64,000 nt of DNA from Eledone cirrhosa (Eukaryota), in contig OZ024741.1 of the NCBI GenBank assembly GCA_964016885.1, positions 374,542,001 through 374,606,000 on the forward strand, read 5' to 3'. The notes under the pieces are model-generated. The model ran no database searches. It was not told the DNA's origin and was given only the letters and a program-made list of their open reading frames with translations. Shown piece after piece: positions 38,634 through 54,597 of the stretch (position 1 is the stretch's first letter; each line of letters begins with the position of its first letter). Position numbers and translations under genes: made by a program.

Positions 38634-41600
38634 CATTTTTTTTTTTTTCACATGAGTTACTAACATTTAGTTCATAATGGTGGATGGCAAAATCAGTACA
38701 GTGCTAGACAAAATAGCTTATTTAGTTTCATCTCATTGTGTTTGTGTTCAGATTCTGTGGTTATCAGTTTTGCCTTCCATACCTCTGTGGTTAATAGAAT
38801 AAATATCAGAAATCTACTGAGCAGTCAACTCCATCACTGCTCTTTACACTTATAGCTTTGTGTCAATGTTAGTGGTTGTTATACCAATGGTACAGTCTTG
38901 GCTACTGGAACTCAGTTTACTTTTAGAATATCGATTTTATTTACTAGGTTTAATAATCTTGACAATAGGAATTCAGTTTATTCATGGAATATGACTTTAT
39001 TCTCTACTTAGCGCTTGATAATTTGAATTAAGTTCCTTTATAGAATATTGACTTTATTCACTAGTGAACACTCTTGACAGACATGGATTCCAAAACTTTT
39101 TTCAATGTTTTTGAGACTTAGTGCTTAATGAAAAGTATAATTAGCATTGAGGCATTAATTTCCATTTTCTCTCAACGGTGTCTACTTAGTAATTATTTAA
39201 ATAAACATCCCCCTCTTATAAGATTTCAATTTTTGTTAGTTTCATTGTTTAAAATTGGTCCTCCTTACTTTCTTCCTATCATTGCATGGGAAGTTTTATT
39301 TAGAAACGGTTTCAATATTTCCCAATTAAAAAAAGAGACTATTTGTTTCTTTAAAAAATTGTTTGTTGCAAGTTATCTCTTAACTACCAACTATATTAGC
39401 AGAATCCTATTACCATATAAGGCAAAGCAAAAAATTGTACACAAATTAGTTGGTAGTTATATTAGATCTGTGTACTTTTGTTAACATAACGCTTTGCTTA
39501 TATTAGTATAAAATTGAGTGCAAAATGTATCGACCCTTTTGTTACCATCTTTCTAATGAAAGACGGTACCTGTGCTTTTCAAATAATTTTGAAAATAATC
39601 AAGAATTTAAAAGGATTTAATAACTTTTTCATTAAGTTTCTTAAAAAGAATTATGATGGCAAATTTTTAGATAAATATAAACACTTTAAATAGCTTTGTA
39701 ACATAGAACCAATGGTGGTTTCAGACTGTTTGATATCAAAAGGCTTAGTAACATCAACAGTTAGACTTATATGAGAATGAACAAAGATTTGAGGAATGCT
39801 TAAATTGCCAATTTTCTTTCAAACTCTTACTTGCTGCCACCTGGTGGTCTGTTGCTTTGTGTTTTGTTGCAAGAATGTTCGTGGACAAACATTGCCTGGG
39901 TACTGTTCTTTGAATTATAGTTGCTTTTAAATTTCTATTTGCTGTAACATAGTATTTGTCTCTGTGTACCAATTATCTCCAGTTTGTAATTGATGTATCT
40001 TTTCTCCCATGTCTTGATTGCTTTTCTATTTACCTCAGATATTTAGTGGTGGATATTCTGCTGTAAAAATATATTCTATTACAGTGTTAATTTGATATTT
40101 GTAAATGGATTTTGCTTTGTATTGTTTTGATTTCTAATTGTATTTTTGTTTGTTTTTCTATCCCTAATACTCTAGTTTTAGATAGTTTTCCCCTTCATTT
40201 CTTACATATTTTTATGTATTCTCATCTTTATATCTTGACTGATTCTATGTCAAAGTATTTATTTTGTATGTTTTGTTTAATATTTTTAATTATAGAAGGT
40301 TGTGGGTTTGATTCCTGGACTGGGTGATATGTTGTTCTTGAGCAAGATGTTTAATTTCACATTACTTTTCATTATGTGTGTGTGTGTGTGGGGGGGGGGG
40401 GGGGTCTATAATTAAGAAACCTCAAATGGGATACAGCCTCATACGAGGTCAGCAAAATCTTCATAAGTTTGAGCTGTAAATTTCAAAATATTTTTTGTTT
40501 TTAATTAGTTTTGATTATCTAGTAATTTTACAATTCTCTTTTATCATAAACAATTTTATTGTTATTGTTATTGTTATTATTTTTCCATGTATTTTAGTTC
40601 ACTTTTGAAATTAGTTTTAATTTTAAATTCTCATTAGTTTTGTGTTGTTCAAAACTTTAATTAATTTTAGTATTAGACTAGTTGTTTGATACTGAAATAT
40701 TTATTAATTCATCAGTTTTTTTTAAAAAAATTTTGTTATCCTTTCATAATATTCCTTTCATTTCAGGTTATAATTTATTAAATTTGTAACCCATTAACTT
40801 TGAACTTTAATCTTTAACACTGTCGGTGACATATGCGACAATAGAGTAATCTCCCTTTAATATATAATGCAGTATCGAGGGAAGAAATTCATAATTTCTA
40901 GTGTTAAAGGTTAAAATGTGGTTAGTCATCATCATTATTTTACGTCCGCTTTTCCCTGCTTGCAAGGGTGGGACGGGAACTGATTTTGGCTTGATTTCTA
41001 CAGCTGGATGCCCTTCCTAACACCAACCTCATTTACAGTGAGTGCTGGGTTTTTTTTTTTTTTTTTTTTTTTTTCCGTGGCGCCTACATGTCCACTTTAG
41101 TGTGGGCTGGGTGCTTTTTTACCGTGACACCTCCACGACCACTTTTGCACTGGAATGATAGGGAGCCCTAGTCCTATCATCTCGTTTCTACAGCTGAGTA
41201 AACTGAAGCAATGTGAAATAAAGTGTCTTGCTCAAGGAAACAACACATCACCCGGTCTGAGAATTGAACTGACAACCTTTCAAGCCCAATGCTCTAACCA
41301 CTAAACCGTGCACCTTCATAGTGTATTTATTTTTTAAATGCAATTCTGTTAGTTTCTTTTTTCTGAAAAACTTAATGTTACAGAAAATATTACTGAATTA
41401 ATCAGGAACAAGTATATTATTTTTAACTCAAACTGATCTTTCACTAAAGCATTGAGACAGTCAACCCTTTTAATACCAACCAGCCCCAAATCACCTGTTT
41501 TTAAGATAATGAGCCACCCATTTTAAAGGGTTTTTATTTAAATTAAAACCTTCCAATATAATTTGAAGGAAGAATTTGTTACAAATGCTATCATAAAGAA

Positions 41601-42392
41601 ATAACTTTTGTAAATCCCTCTGAATGTTTTAATAATTCATTGGAATGCAGTGTTTCATTAGAAATATGATCACATTTTATTTCCAGTTGGTCGTGGTATA
41701 TCGATGTATACAGGTTTTACCATAACATTTTTAGCTGTTGTAAATGAGCCCACACCCTACCCCATTATCTGTTAACATCAAAGGTATAAAAATAGAACAG
41801 TACATTGTAGGTTGTGAGTAGACTATTGTAAGTAGTGATAATTCTATTAGTGATTAACAAAATGCCAATACAACAGACTGAGACTTTTAAAGTAATTTAA
41901 AGCTTTTCACTAACAGTTCAGTCTGTAGATGTTTTAAAAACTTTTAATTTCAGACACCATCTCATGGAGACCTGGTGGCTGGTTGCATGTATCATAGTTT
42001 GAAGTTCAATCTCTTAGTGGCCTTATTTTATATCCTGTCTATGGATTTGCTGTTATCAAATATCCATCTTTCTTAGATATTATGTTACCAATGTTATCTT
42101 AAAGTTAAAATGTCACTCATTGAAACTATAGTGTATACTAGTTGTGGTCTCTTTTTGAATTGGTAGAACCTAATCAGGCTTAACGAGAACATGCATATTC
42201 ATCATCATCACTCGTCGACTACTGTCGAGATGATGGATCTCACTCTCGTGCCCCAGAATTCCCTGTCCCCCATCGCTGCCCCCAGGCAGCATATTACTGA
42301 TCTAGACACAGGCTTGTGTACAGCTGGTAATAAGCCCAGTAGGGCCATTTCATGTAGGGTCATTTCAACCTGTTCATTAAACATTTTAGTAA

Positions 42393-43267
<875 letters not shown>

Positions 43268-43463
43268 ATTCCATGAAAGTATCTTGGTCAGCCTATGAAC
43301 TTTTCAGCCAACCCTCATATATATATATATATATATATATAACGAAGGAGTTGTGGTGAGGAACCAGATGGACCATAACGCACCAGAGTACTCAATACTT
43401 AGAAATAGTCCAGAAATAGCCGTGGAAATGGCTTGATCTTTGCTGTCGGAGTCATACTTTTTC

Positions 43464-43497
<34 letters not shown>

Positions 43498-43721
43498 TAA
43501 TATAACTGTAATTTTGCCTCCTGTGTTTTGTTTCATTTATTAACTATACATATAGCTATGTCCTGTACATGGATACACTTAATTGTAACAAAATAAAATA
43601 AAAACAAAAAAGCTAAAACTTGAAAGCCCCATATCAACTGGCCTACTCAATGCCTCTCTATATTTGGGCTTGTCTACACATACAAATGAATAATTAACTT
43701 ATTAATATTCTATTTTTTCAG

Positions 43722-43790
43722 ATGGCTCAGCTGCTTGCCCAACCAGGTGCTGGTGAATTGCAAAGAATCCATTCCTCACCCTTTGGACTG
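43722..43790 (+). CDS. PKM: Pyruvate kinase coding exon 1 (MAQLLAQPGAGELQRIHSSPFGL)
   Basis: TTTTTTCAG|ATG acceptor and CTG|GTAAGT donor; 69 nt, phase 0, in frame with the next exon. The N-terminus is not conserved, so confidence is lower. Confidence 0.75.
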
Positions 43791-46700
43791 GTAAGTATTT
43801 TAATATTGAATAAAATATTTGCTCTTTGTCATTTATACTTTTGAATAAAGTAATTACAGCAAAATATAAAATCTATTTAGATTTGTTTATAGTTAATTTT
43901 TATAGAGAAAATTCAATTTGCAATCCTGAAGTATAAAGCTTGTTTTGATTTAGCCATTGTATGTATATTTTTATTCTGTATTTTCATGGTGGCATGGCCT
44001 GTATTAGTTTAGAATACACCATCTTTCTAGGTATCTCCGACCTAAGTCTTATTTTTGAGTAATTATTGGACTTGACTCCTATGATAGCAAACCGTAAATG
44101 GTTTTGATACAAAACTTATGCATACAGGCAGGTAAGCATGCAGGCAGGTAAGCATGTATATATTGCCATCCTCATCGTTTAACATTCATTTTCCACACAT
44201 GCATGGGTTAGACGGGTTGTCATGTTATGAGACAAGTCAGGTCTGGAGACCTCATATGGATCTATATTTAGGCTTGGTTTCTATGGCTGGATGCCTATTT
44301 TAACACCAAGCACATTAGTGTGGACTGGGTGCTTTTTATCATGGCACTGAAATGGTGAACTGAGTGTTTTTAGTTTGTCTTCAGCATGACCATCTTACAG
44401 TGTGGGCTGGGCATGTTTTGTCATGTCACCAACATGATCACCTTACAGTGTAGACTGAGTGCTTTTTCTTGTCTCTAACACTACCAGCATGACCACATTA
44501 CAGGTTGGACTTGGTCCTTTTGCAGTTGTCACCAGATCAGTGAACAGGGTGGACTTTGCTTTTTGTCATTGTGGGAGAAAAGATGTCGAGCATGTCCAAC
44601 TTTCATGAGTTGAGCAGGTTATGTATATCAAGAATGGGTGGGGGCAGGTAAGCAAGTTCAACATTGATTAGGTGTGTGGGATATTTTAGCATGTATGGTG
44701 CATGTGATATTTAGCATGAGTGGATGTGGTGGAGATGGTTGGTGCAAACTAGTGTGTACTCATGTTATTTTATTTTGTGCACATCGGAAAGTAGGTTTTC
44801 TGCAGTACTGCATGATGCCACATCTCCTTTGTGAGGTTTAATTGGGCAAGGTCAGCTTTTATTACTTCATCCAAGTTTTCATAGGTCTTTTTTATAGTTA
44901 CTATCGACTTTGAGCTCCTTGCACCTTTTTATACAGCTCTCATCCTTCATATACATCACATCTCCTGTACACTGCATCTGACCTCTCATGTGCCTAGTTT
45001 CTCTCTGGGGTGGGGGTGAGTGAATTTAATGTTTTTCCATATGCTGGCATAGATTGGACTAGGCTTAGATGTGAAATTCTACAATTGGATGCTCTTCCTG
45101 ATGCCAACCTTCACGTGCTTTAAGTATATATGTGGTGAGCAGCAGCATATCTCTTTACAGAATGTAAACAACCAACTACAATGTTGCAGAGCGAGGGAAA
45201 GAGGGACCATTATTTGTAGAAAGGGAGTTGTTTTATATTAAATTCCTACTTGTAATTTTGATATTGAATTTCTGTTTCTACAGTCTGATCAGCTTTAGTT
45301 TTTATTTTTTTTAATGTTCTGTGCCATGGTATACCTCAATATATTATGTGTGGCTTTATTTAAAAGAAATGGTTATCTAGAAAGAATTGTTATGACAAGA
45401 AAATATAAATGCATGGGTTTTCTTCTTCATTCGTATTGCTTTTATTTTAAAGATCTAGTTATCTCAGCAACTGATTTGTTTTGACAAAATATGAATGCAT
45501 GTTGACAAATACTGTACCCAATCCTCTCACTTCCTGAAGGTTGGCATCTATTTCTTCTCCAAGTGATAAAAGCTGACCTTGCCCAATCAATCCTCACAAA
45601 GGAGATGACATAGGATCAAGATCTTTGGTGTTATGCTGTACTGCAGAAGACCTGCCGTCCCATGTTGACAAAATGAAATGAAATAAATATGTAGAGGACA
45701 CAATAGTTTGCACCAATCTCCTCACTCTCCCTAATCTTAATATGCTGCTCTCACCAGCTAAATATCCCACTTACCTCATATAAGCAAAACCTGAAACCAT
45801 ATCACCTGACCTGAATTGTGTCATAATGTGACAACCCATCTAACCCATGTTAGCCTAGAAAATAGATGTTAAATGATGATGATATGTTCTTTTAGTGGCT
45901 ACTGAATTAGTTACAACTATAAATGTATCGTAATTTACTCCACTAGTGGTTTTACAATTAATAAACTATAATTGTATAATTAGTGTGCTTCTATGTAGAT
46001 ATAAGTATATACCATAACTGTATGATTTGTGTGTGTGTTTTGGGGAAGACATGGGTTTTCTAAGCCACTGGGGAGGCAGCCCATCTAAGAGAGCAGTAAT
46101 TTTGAATAAATACAACTGCATAGGGTAGAGGTAGACTCTACATAGTGAAAGTAACCCATCTAGAAGAACACTCTGAATAAAAACTGATATAGTTTAGAGA
46201 GCTTCTAAGTTTTGGCATACAAACTCTCTAGTGCTGGTGGTATGATATTTACTTAGTGCATTCTGTAAAATGGATGGTATTAGGACATCTGGTGAAAGAA
46301 ACCATGCCAAAATGGAACATATTTAAGCAAGATGTGGCTTCTGGTCTGTAGTCGGATAGTAACTCCGATTAAGTACCAACTTGGACTGTAATAACTCATC
46401 CAACCCATGCCAGGATGGTAAAATAATTGCGTGCGTGTGTGCGCATGCACGTGCACACAACTTTCAGAATTGTGAGTATAGGAATTATGTGCTCTCAACT
46501 AAATACATTTTCAAAACAAAGTTGCATTCATACTTTACAGATTTTATTTGTTGAAACCATTCTGTTGGGGGTAGGGAATCAAAAGAAATGTAAAAATTCA
46601 GAATAGATAGAATAAGGAAAAAAGAGTTGACATGTTAGGTAGATGTATACTATTTTGTGTATATGTATATGTACGCACATGCACACACTCTCTCTCGCTC

Positions 46701-47108
46701 TCTCTCTCTCTCCAGCTCGCTCTCACTCTTGCTCGCTCTCTCTCGCTCTCTTTCTCTCGCTCTCTTTCTCAAAATATTCTGTTCATGGCATCAGGAAAGC
46801 ATTATATATAATAAAATGTTTAAAATTGAAATAGTTGAACTTTTGTACACTCAGAAATTTCACTGACACTCCATACTGCTCCCCCTCCTCACACTTCCAT
46901 CAATCTGTTGAGGGGGAAAGGGTGTTCTAATTTATCACATTGGGAACCACTTTGTTTAATAGCTGCAGTTTGTAAATTGATCATTCTGTTAGTGGTAATC
47001 AGCCTTGCCACCCAGAGCTTTCTGCTACGGTGGAAAGGATGAAAAATACAATATATTCTCATGTTATTTATTGAACGTTTTGCAATGAAAGACGTATATC
47101 ATTTTCAG

Positions 47109-47250
47109 CCTGGCAGTGAACTTCAAACAAATGTGCATTCACAACAACTTCAGGCAGCTTGTGCCAGATCTCAGTTGGAACATATGGTGGCATTAGATAT
47201 TGATTCTGAACCATGTCATGTTCGTATGAGCGGAATCATCTGTACTATAG
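47109..47250 (+). CDS. PKM: Pyruvate kinase coding exon 2 (PGSELQ...[10 protein letters not shown])
   Basis: AG/GT borders, 142 nt; LEH..LDIDS and IICTIG motifs. Confidence 0.95.
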
Positions 47251-50200
47251 GTAAGTGTTTTTTGTTTTAATTTTTAAACTGTTATCAATAATGCTAAAGA
47301 TAAACTGTTTGTACCAGTTGGCAGGTGTATTGACAAGTTGCAGCTTTGTTACCAATAGAATTGCACTACAACACACCACCACATAGCATATGGATATGCT
47401 GTGTGGTTAATATCCTGTTGTTTTGTTGTTATTGCTACATCAGGTGCATGTCATGAAATTGGATCGATGTGGTTGAGCAGTTGAGTAATGATTTCACTTG
47501 GTCAAACATTGACAATTAAAGTTTAGTAAATTTAAGTCTTGATGGTTTTATAAATTTTGTTGAAGGAATCATTTATTTGATAAGGGGTTTCATTTCTATT
47601 AGTGTTTTTGTCTGCTTTTTCATGTCTACAGGAGTACTTTATTTGACTTATTCAACTATTATTTGTAGTTAGCTGCATTGTAGCAATTTATCAAGGGTAA
47701 AGACTCCTTTTCGGTAATAGAAATTTACAAAGCCAATGAACTTAGAACTATTTGTTGAATGTTGGAACAGAGTATTCTTTAACTTCTTCAGTGCCATAGA
47801 TGATGCATTGTATGCATTCTGGTGACACAGATGCGATAACTCATCCTAACATGTTTGAACTCCTTTCCAACATTTCATAACTTCAAAGTTATGAACTTGT
47901 TTCCAACAAAGCTAGATGGAGTTACTTTATTTATTTATCTGTTACTGAGAAAAAAACCAAAACAAAAAAAAAACCTGGCACAGCAACTGTAGCTGTGTTA
48001 AATATGTGACAGTCAACATGTTAATGGTGAAAACGTTAGTAGGAAGCAGTAAAACAGTCATGAAGAGATTTTGATTGTAGTAGTGTTATTAGATCGAGTT
48101 TGTAAAGTTCCAGAAGTTAGACTTTGATGGCTTGATAAACTACAGGCAAGTGGTTATTGGTTCATCTCAGTGCTGAAAACCACAGTAGGCTTTAAAAGAA
48201 AACACCCTAGGGAATGTTCTGTGTATTAAATACAATTTTTATAGCATGTAATATCAAAATTATCCCAGCAATTAATAGAGAAAATCTTAGAATAAAAAGG
48301 GTAACTCCAATAAAATCAATGAATTGAAATCTTTAGAAAATATAGAATTTGTATTATGGTTTTTCTATATTTTCCAAAAAACTTTTTGATTTTTATTGGA
48401 GTTATTTCTCTTGCTTTTCTTTATAGATTTCAAGTCCCTGTTTACTGAATGTATTAGATAATCTAAATTTATTGAAGTTTTTCAATTCATTATATTCCTC
48501 TTTGCACCAGTCACCATTGAGACTTGGTGTCCTTGGACCCTGTATAGCTGACTTCAATAAAATCAGAATGACAGCAGCCTGTCTGAGGAAGGAGCCCTAT
48601 GAGGTGGGAGGGCTGTTGTACAGTGTATCACTGGCCATTGTTCACGGCAATACATTTGCCATTTTATCTGCAGGGTGCAGCTGAAACACCACTCTGACAT
48701 AGGTGTAGTCTGTCTCCCCCTTTCTTTCATTACAATCCTAGCCCTTTCCCTCCTTTTCCTCTCATTTAAGCACTTTTCTTGTGTTTTCTTCATTTATTGT
48801 TTCTAAATCTATATTAGATATATAAGACCCTACTATAACTGCTGATTAATTGGCAGGCAGTTAACTTAACAGATCAAGTGGAACTTGCTTGCCTATTGTT
48901 TCAAGTACTAACTGGAAATGTGCAGACTAGCAATTTGATTTATCACATGTAAGACTGTGAAAGCATGACGGTTTCTGGTGTTGGATACTGAGGAGTACAT
49001 TGGACTGTTCAAAAGCTCTCAAATAAGAGTTCTACTTGCTTTCTTTAATGGGTTTGCCAAATTTGTCTTTTAAAGAGTTCAGTGCAAATTGATTTACTAA
49101 ATTCACATTTTACTGTCAGCTGTGTTTAGGTATTAATATATCAAACATAAGTGTGTGTGTGTCCTCTCTCAAAAACATTGCTGTGTAGAACAGCCAGTGA
49201 CATCTGCATTAGCCACTCTAATTTATATGGGGTTCCTTCAAGTGAGATGCACACCTCCCAATTTTATGGAATAAAAATTCCCAGTTCAAGGACTGAGGAC
49301 ACTGGAAGCCTCTGTGACGACTAGCACAAAAGGGAAGTGATCGGTCAAATCCTGGTATTTGAATATTTCCCCTCCCTTCTCTGCTTTACAGAGGGCAGTT
49401 ACTGGGTTTCTGGTTGAAGCACCAAAGTTGTAGATAGAGAATGTCACAGTAAAAATAACTACACTGAAATTTTCAAGATAATATTTTATGTAAGAAAGGA
49501 AGCAGGATCAGGCAAAAATGTAAAATTTGATGTTGACAATATTCTGATGACAATAATTGCAGTTTCACTTTACAATAAATTCTTAAAGATCAGTAGAAAA
49601 CAATATTTTAATCTTACTGAGGCTTAAAAATTTTGATTATTAAAGAAAATATGGTTTAGCACCTTTAAAATAAGGACTTCATGAATTAGAAATTTACAAT
49701 GAGACCTGCTTATGATAGGCTAATATTTGAAAAAACTTCAACAAACCCATTCTTCATACATTTTCAGACATGTATAAAGTACATTTTTCTGGGAAAATGC
49801 ATATAATTGTATGAAGAAGAGTTAGTGATACAGAATTTGAGAGGTTGGCAAACAATTTTGGATTAAGTAACAGAAAATTGGTCCCTCAGATGCAGAACTG
49901 AAATGCTGCAGATATCCTTTAGGCGAAGATGCATATAGATTGATCTACACTAATCAAATTCTGAACATTGATTTTATAATGATTATTAAGGTGATACAGT
50001 GTTACTTGCTGTTGGACAAAGACAACCTGATTAGAGTTTCTAAAGTCTTACATGGATGACGTAAAGAGCTGCCTTTGATTGACAATATATACAGCAACAA
50101 ACAACCACCAATGGATACCATTGAAGTTAAAAGTAGCAAACTTTAATTTTGGAGAGATTAGAATTCTTCTTGCAACTGATGTGTTGGGTGGATGTGAAAA

Positions 50201-50570
50201 AAAATACAAGAATATGGTGTGGCCTAGTGGTTAAGATGTTGGACTTAGCCATAATGTTGGGGTATCAATTCCTCATTTGAGCAGTACAGTGTTTTTGAGA
50301 AAGATACTTCATTTTACATTGCTTCAGTTCACTTGACTGAAACAAAGAAAGAGTACTATTAGCAGTAGCTGGGAGGTGACCACTGCAACAAATTGGTATC
50401 CAGTCCAAAGGTTTTTTTTTTTTTTCTTTTTTTTTCTAATAGGACTGGAATCTTTTTCATTGAGCCCCCCCGCACACACACAAAAAAACCCTCTTGTGTG
50501 AGGCCAGCTAAACCTACTTAGGTGTGCGCTGTAACAAAATATGAATATGTAAATTTTATCTAATTTATAG

Positions 50571-50662
50571 GTCCAGCTTGCAAAGACGTGGAAATTCTGA
50601 AAAAGATGATGATTGAAGGGATGGATGTCGCCAGGCTTAATTTTTCTCATGGATCATATGAA
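50571..50662 (+). CDS. PKM: Pyruvate kinase coding exon 3 (PACKDV...[11 protein letters not shown])
   Basis: 92 nt, RLNFSHG motif, phases match. Confidence 0.97.
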
Positions 50663-50765
50663 GTAATATAACATCTACTTTTAAACCTTTATCTCTTCAA
50701 ATATTCATTTTAGTGATTGTATTTATGATTATATTTATATATGATCTCTCTCTCTCTCATGTTTG

Positions 50766-50803
<38 letters not shown>

Positions 50804-51121
50804 TCGGTCATTTTAATGTCTGCTTTCCCTGCTAGCAACAGTTACAACCACAGTGCCATACCAGGGATGTAAGTTTTGTTGGCCCTCCAGACTAATGTAA
50901 CTTACACACCTGGTATGGCGCTGCAGTAGTAATTGGCTTCAATAATTATATTAAAACTCTATGGACTTGAGTTGCTCTATACCTTGGATATCTTTACCAA
51001 ACTCTGAACTATTAAATATATATACAAGGTATCCCCAAAAATGTATACACACTTCAACAGTATTCTAATAAATATTGCCTGTATAGGTAATCAGTGTATA
51101 TACATTTTTTGGAAGCTTGTG

Positions 51122-51164
<43 letters not shown>

Positions 51165-51806
51165 TGTCCAACCTTTGCTAACATGTAAAACTTAGGTTAA
51201 GTATGTGTCTGTGTGTATACATATGTATATATGTGTAATATGCACAAACACTGAGATGCTCCAAAATGTTTAGAGCTTGATTATAAAATAAGTATTCTTT
51301 TATCTTATTAAGTTGGATAGAAAATGTTTGGAATATTGATAATTAGACATATACACATGCACACTTCTTACAAATATTATGTTTTATATTTATGAAATTA
51401 AGAGAAGTCTTCAGTGTAAAATTAGTGATTAACTTCAACTCAAAATATTGTTAACTCTTTTGATACCAGCCCACCTAAAACTGCCTCTTGTTCTGTACAA
51501 AATCGTTTATTTTAAAGAGTGTTCCAAACACTAACTTAATAAGACAGTTATATTAAATCCCTCTAAATTGTTTTTTTATTTTGAAAATCATAGGCAGTGT
51601 CTTTCATGAGGACCATGGTCATGAAAGGATTAAGGTTTCATTGGTTGGTTGAAATGCTTGAGATTTTTTTTTTTCCTGCATGAATGAATATTGAAAATGT
51701 ATATTTTCATATTTTATGTTTCACTGTAATCTTATTTTGTTAAATCTATCATGTACAAATAGAGAGAAATATTTATTTTTTACACCTGAAAATTTCTTTG
51801 TTTCAG

Positions 51807-51926
51807 TACCATGGTGAAACTATTAAGAATGTGAGAGAAGCTACCCAAAAGTTTGATAAACCAAAAATCATTGCTATTGCACTGGATACAAAAGGCCCTG
51901 AGATAAGAACTGGTCTTCTGAAGGGT
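51807..51926 (+). CDS. PKM: Pyruvate kinase coding exon 4 (YHGETI...ALDTKGPEIRTGLLKG)
   Basis: 120 nt, DTKGPEIRT motif. Confidence 0.97.
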
Positions 51927-52312
51927 GTAAGTTTGAAATATGTTCTTTGTCAGAGCAAATTCCTCATCTTTTGTGGCATACTTAACTCTTTTGATATCCT
52001 CTAGTTTTAAACTGACCATTTTTTAAAAGTAAAACCTTTCATCATAATTTTACCTAAGAACTCTTAGTTATGTTCCATATACCAACTTAGCAAAACATTT
52101 TTTTACTAAGTTCTTCCAAATTCTTGATCATTTCAAAATTAATTCAAACACAAGGCCAGTGTTTCATAAGAAATATAGTCCCTAAATGTTTAAATTAATT
52201 TCTAAGGAAGTAATGGAAAGATTAAATGATACAGTGATCTTTTCCTTTTTTTTTCTAATTGATATTTGGTTTGACATTTCTTAATGATTTTAATACCTTA
52301 AAACTGTTTCAG

Positions 52313-52499
52313 GGAGCTTCAGCTGAAATATCTTTGAAAACTGGAGGAAAAATAAAGATTACAACAGACTCTAATTTTGCTGAGAGTTGTGATGAAAATA
52401 TTTTGTATGTTGATTACAAAAACATTACCAAAGTCATGAAAGTAGGATCTCGAATGTTCATTGATGATGGCTTAATTTCTGTGGTTGTTAAGGAAATGG
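52313..52499 (+). CDS. PKM: Pyruvate kinase coding exon 5 (B domain)
   Basis: 187 nt; YVDYKNI and FIDDGLIS. Confidence 0.97.
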
Positions 52500-52794
52500 G
52501 TAAGATATATTCAACATCATTAAGATAATCTCAGAATTGCATCTGAGTATAGAGAAGTATTTTGATGGAGTGTTAGTGCCCCCCAAAAATGCATCCACCA
52601 CACACACTGTAAAGTTGTAGTGCTGGTGCCATGATAAAATGTACCCAGTACATTCTGTTAATGGGTTGGTGTACCCAGTACACTGTAAAATGGTTAGCGT
52701 TAGGAAGGGCGTCCAACCGTGGAAATCGTGCCTAAAATAAAATGAGAGCCGTCGGCCAACTAATGCCTTGTGAGGAAATTTGGTAGAATGAAAA

Positions 52795-53872
52795 CTGAAC
52801 CTAAGGCCACAAGAGAAGGTATTCTCTGGCTGACTTGTGTGTGCTGAGTGGTCTGGATCTCTGGAAAGTCAGTTGGGAGTGATAATCCCGATTTTTAAGT
52901 GACGAGAGATTGCTCCAATTATAGATGGATCTCCTTAAGCCTCCTCGGTAAAGTCTGTGTTTGGCAAAGAGTTGTAGAGAGATTGCCGGGTCCAAGCTAA
53001 CTGATGAACAATGTGGTTTTCGCCTTAGACGCAGCACATCTGACCAAATATTTACACTGCAGCAGGTATTCGAGAAACCATGGTAGTACTGCCAAGAGGT
53101 ATATTCTTGCTTTGCAGACCTTGAAAAGGCATGAGACTATGTTCCACAGGACCTGTTGTGGTAGGTTCTGCAGGAGTATAGGATCGATAGTCAGCTTCTT
53201 GTCCTGATGTCTGTATATGAATACTGTGAAAACTGAGATACTCGTCCTCTCAAGGAGAAGTTCAATTGTCTTGGGGCCATGTGCCATGTTCACGAGTGTT
53301 GGAAGGCAGGAGGCTAAATTAAGTGCAAGAGTTGCAGGAACTGGTGCAGTAATGTGCAAACTTCAGCATCCTGTAATTAAAAGGGAGGTAGGTGTAAAAA
53401 CCAAACTCACTATCTTCAATTCGGCATTTGTGTCAACCCTAACCTATTGGTCATGAATCTTTGGTAATGACTGAAAGAATTCAATTGTGAATACAAGCAG
53501 TTGAAATGGGGTTCCTCCAAAGGGTCTTTGGAGTAATGTTACTCGATAGTGCGTAGCTCAGAGATTAGTGAGTCACTCCAGAGCTGCTACTTCTCCGAAT
53601 TGAGAGATCACAGTTCCGGTACTATGGGCATCTGGTTAGAATGTCTCAGGGGAAAGAATCGTTGGACAAATTTTATGGTCAAAACCAACTAGCAGGAGAC
53701 TGAGGTAGACCCTGAGCAAGATGGTTAGATAACCATCCATGACCTCGGCTGGTCTCGTATGCGGATCCAGCCGGATCAGTTAGAAATGGTTGCTTCTGAC
53801 AGGACCCACTGGAAGGAGTTTTTGAGGACTCTGCTCCCATGACCTACTCAGGAATAAGTGGGAGAAGAAGGA
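52795..53872 (+). mobile_element. Internally deleted RTE-like LINE in a pyruvate kinase intron
   Basis: NYRWISLLSLLGKV, DEQCGFR, DLEKA, STLTYW and a (GAA)n tail; homologous to 27135-27745. Confidence 0.8.
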
Positions 53873-54216
53873 AACTGTGTGGCTTGTGGGCTTGTTCGTG
53901 TGTGTGTGTGGGGGGGGGGGTTACTTTAACTATTATAATCATTAGAGTGAAGTTAATATAGTTATAAGTTAACATTTATTGCATGATCATTTAACATTAG
54001 TTTTCTCTTTCTCTTCTTAACCAGGCTATTAAAATGGTGAAATAGACATTAAAACCTCTTAAAATTACAGATTCTTTTTTTAAATTCATATAACTAGTAC
54101 AAGGATTAAAAAGTTAAGGCAATTTTGTTAATTTGATATTAAAGATATATTTCATTTTTTTTTTTGTGTTTTGGTTTTATAAAACCCAGATTAAAATTGG
54201 TTGTTTAAAATTGTAG

Positions 54217-54359
54217 GTTCTGATTATATGGATTGTGAAATTGAAAATGGTGGTGATCTTGGTAGTAAGAAAGGTTGCAATTTGCCAGGAATTCCTGTAG
54301 ATTTACCTGCTGTGTCAGAAAAGGACAAACAAGATTTGCTATTTGGTGTAGAACATGGT
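54217..54359 (+). CDS. PKM: Pyruvate kinase coding exon 6 ([25 protein letters not shown])
   Basis: 143 nt, AG/GT borders. Confidence 0.97.
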
Positions 54360-54469
54360 GTACGTAGAAATTAAAAAGTTTTTCTTTGCATTTTCAGAAA
54401 TTGTTTTTGAATATTAGTGTTTTATAAGACTTCCTCATTTTCCATTGTTTTTTTTTTAATTTTAATTAG

Positions 54470-54597
54470 GTTGATATGGTATTTGCTTCTTTTATAAGAA
54501 GTGCTGATGGTGTTCAAGAAATCAGGAAAGTTCTAGGAGAGAAAGGAAAAGATATTAAAATTTTTGTGAAAATTGAAAACCACCAAGGAGTGAAAAA
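54470..54597 (+). CDS. PKM: Pyruvate kinase coding exon 7 ([10 protein letters not shown]...KIENHQGVK)
   Basis: 128 nt, catalytic KIEN motif. Confidence 0.97.

Noticed and set aside
48300-51125. Small hairpins at 48302-48404, 50840-50935 and 51020-51125 as structured ncRNAs
   Set aside because: They look like ordinary decayed MITE foldbacks, with no ribozyme core or other motif seen.
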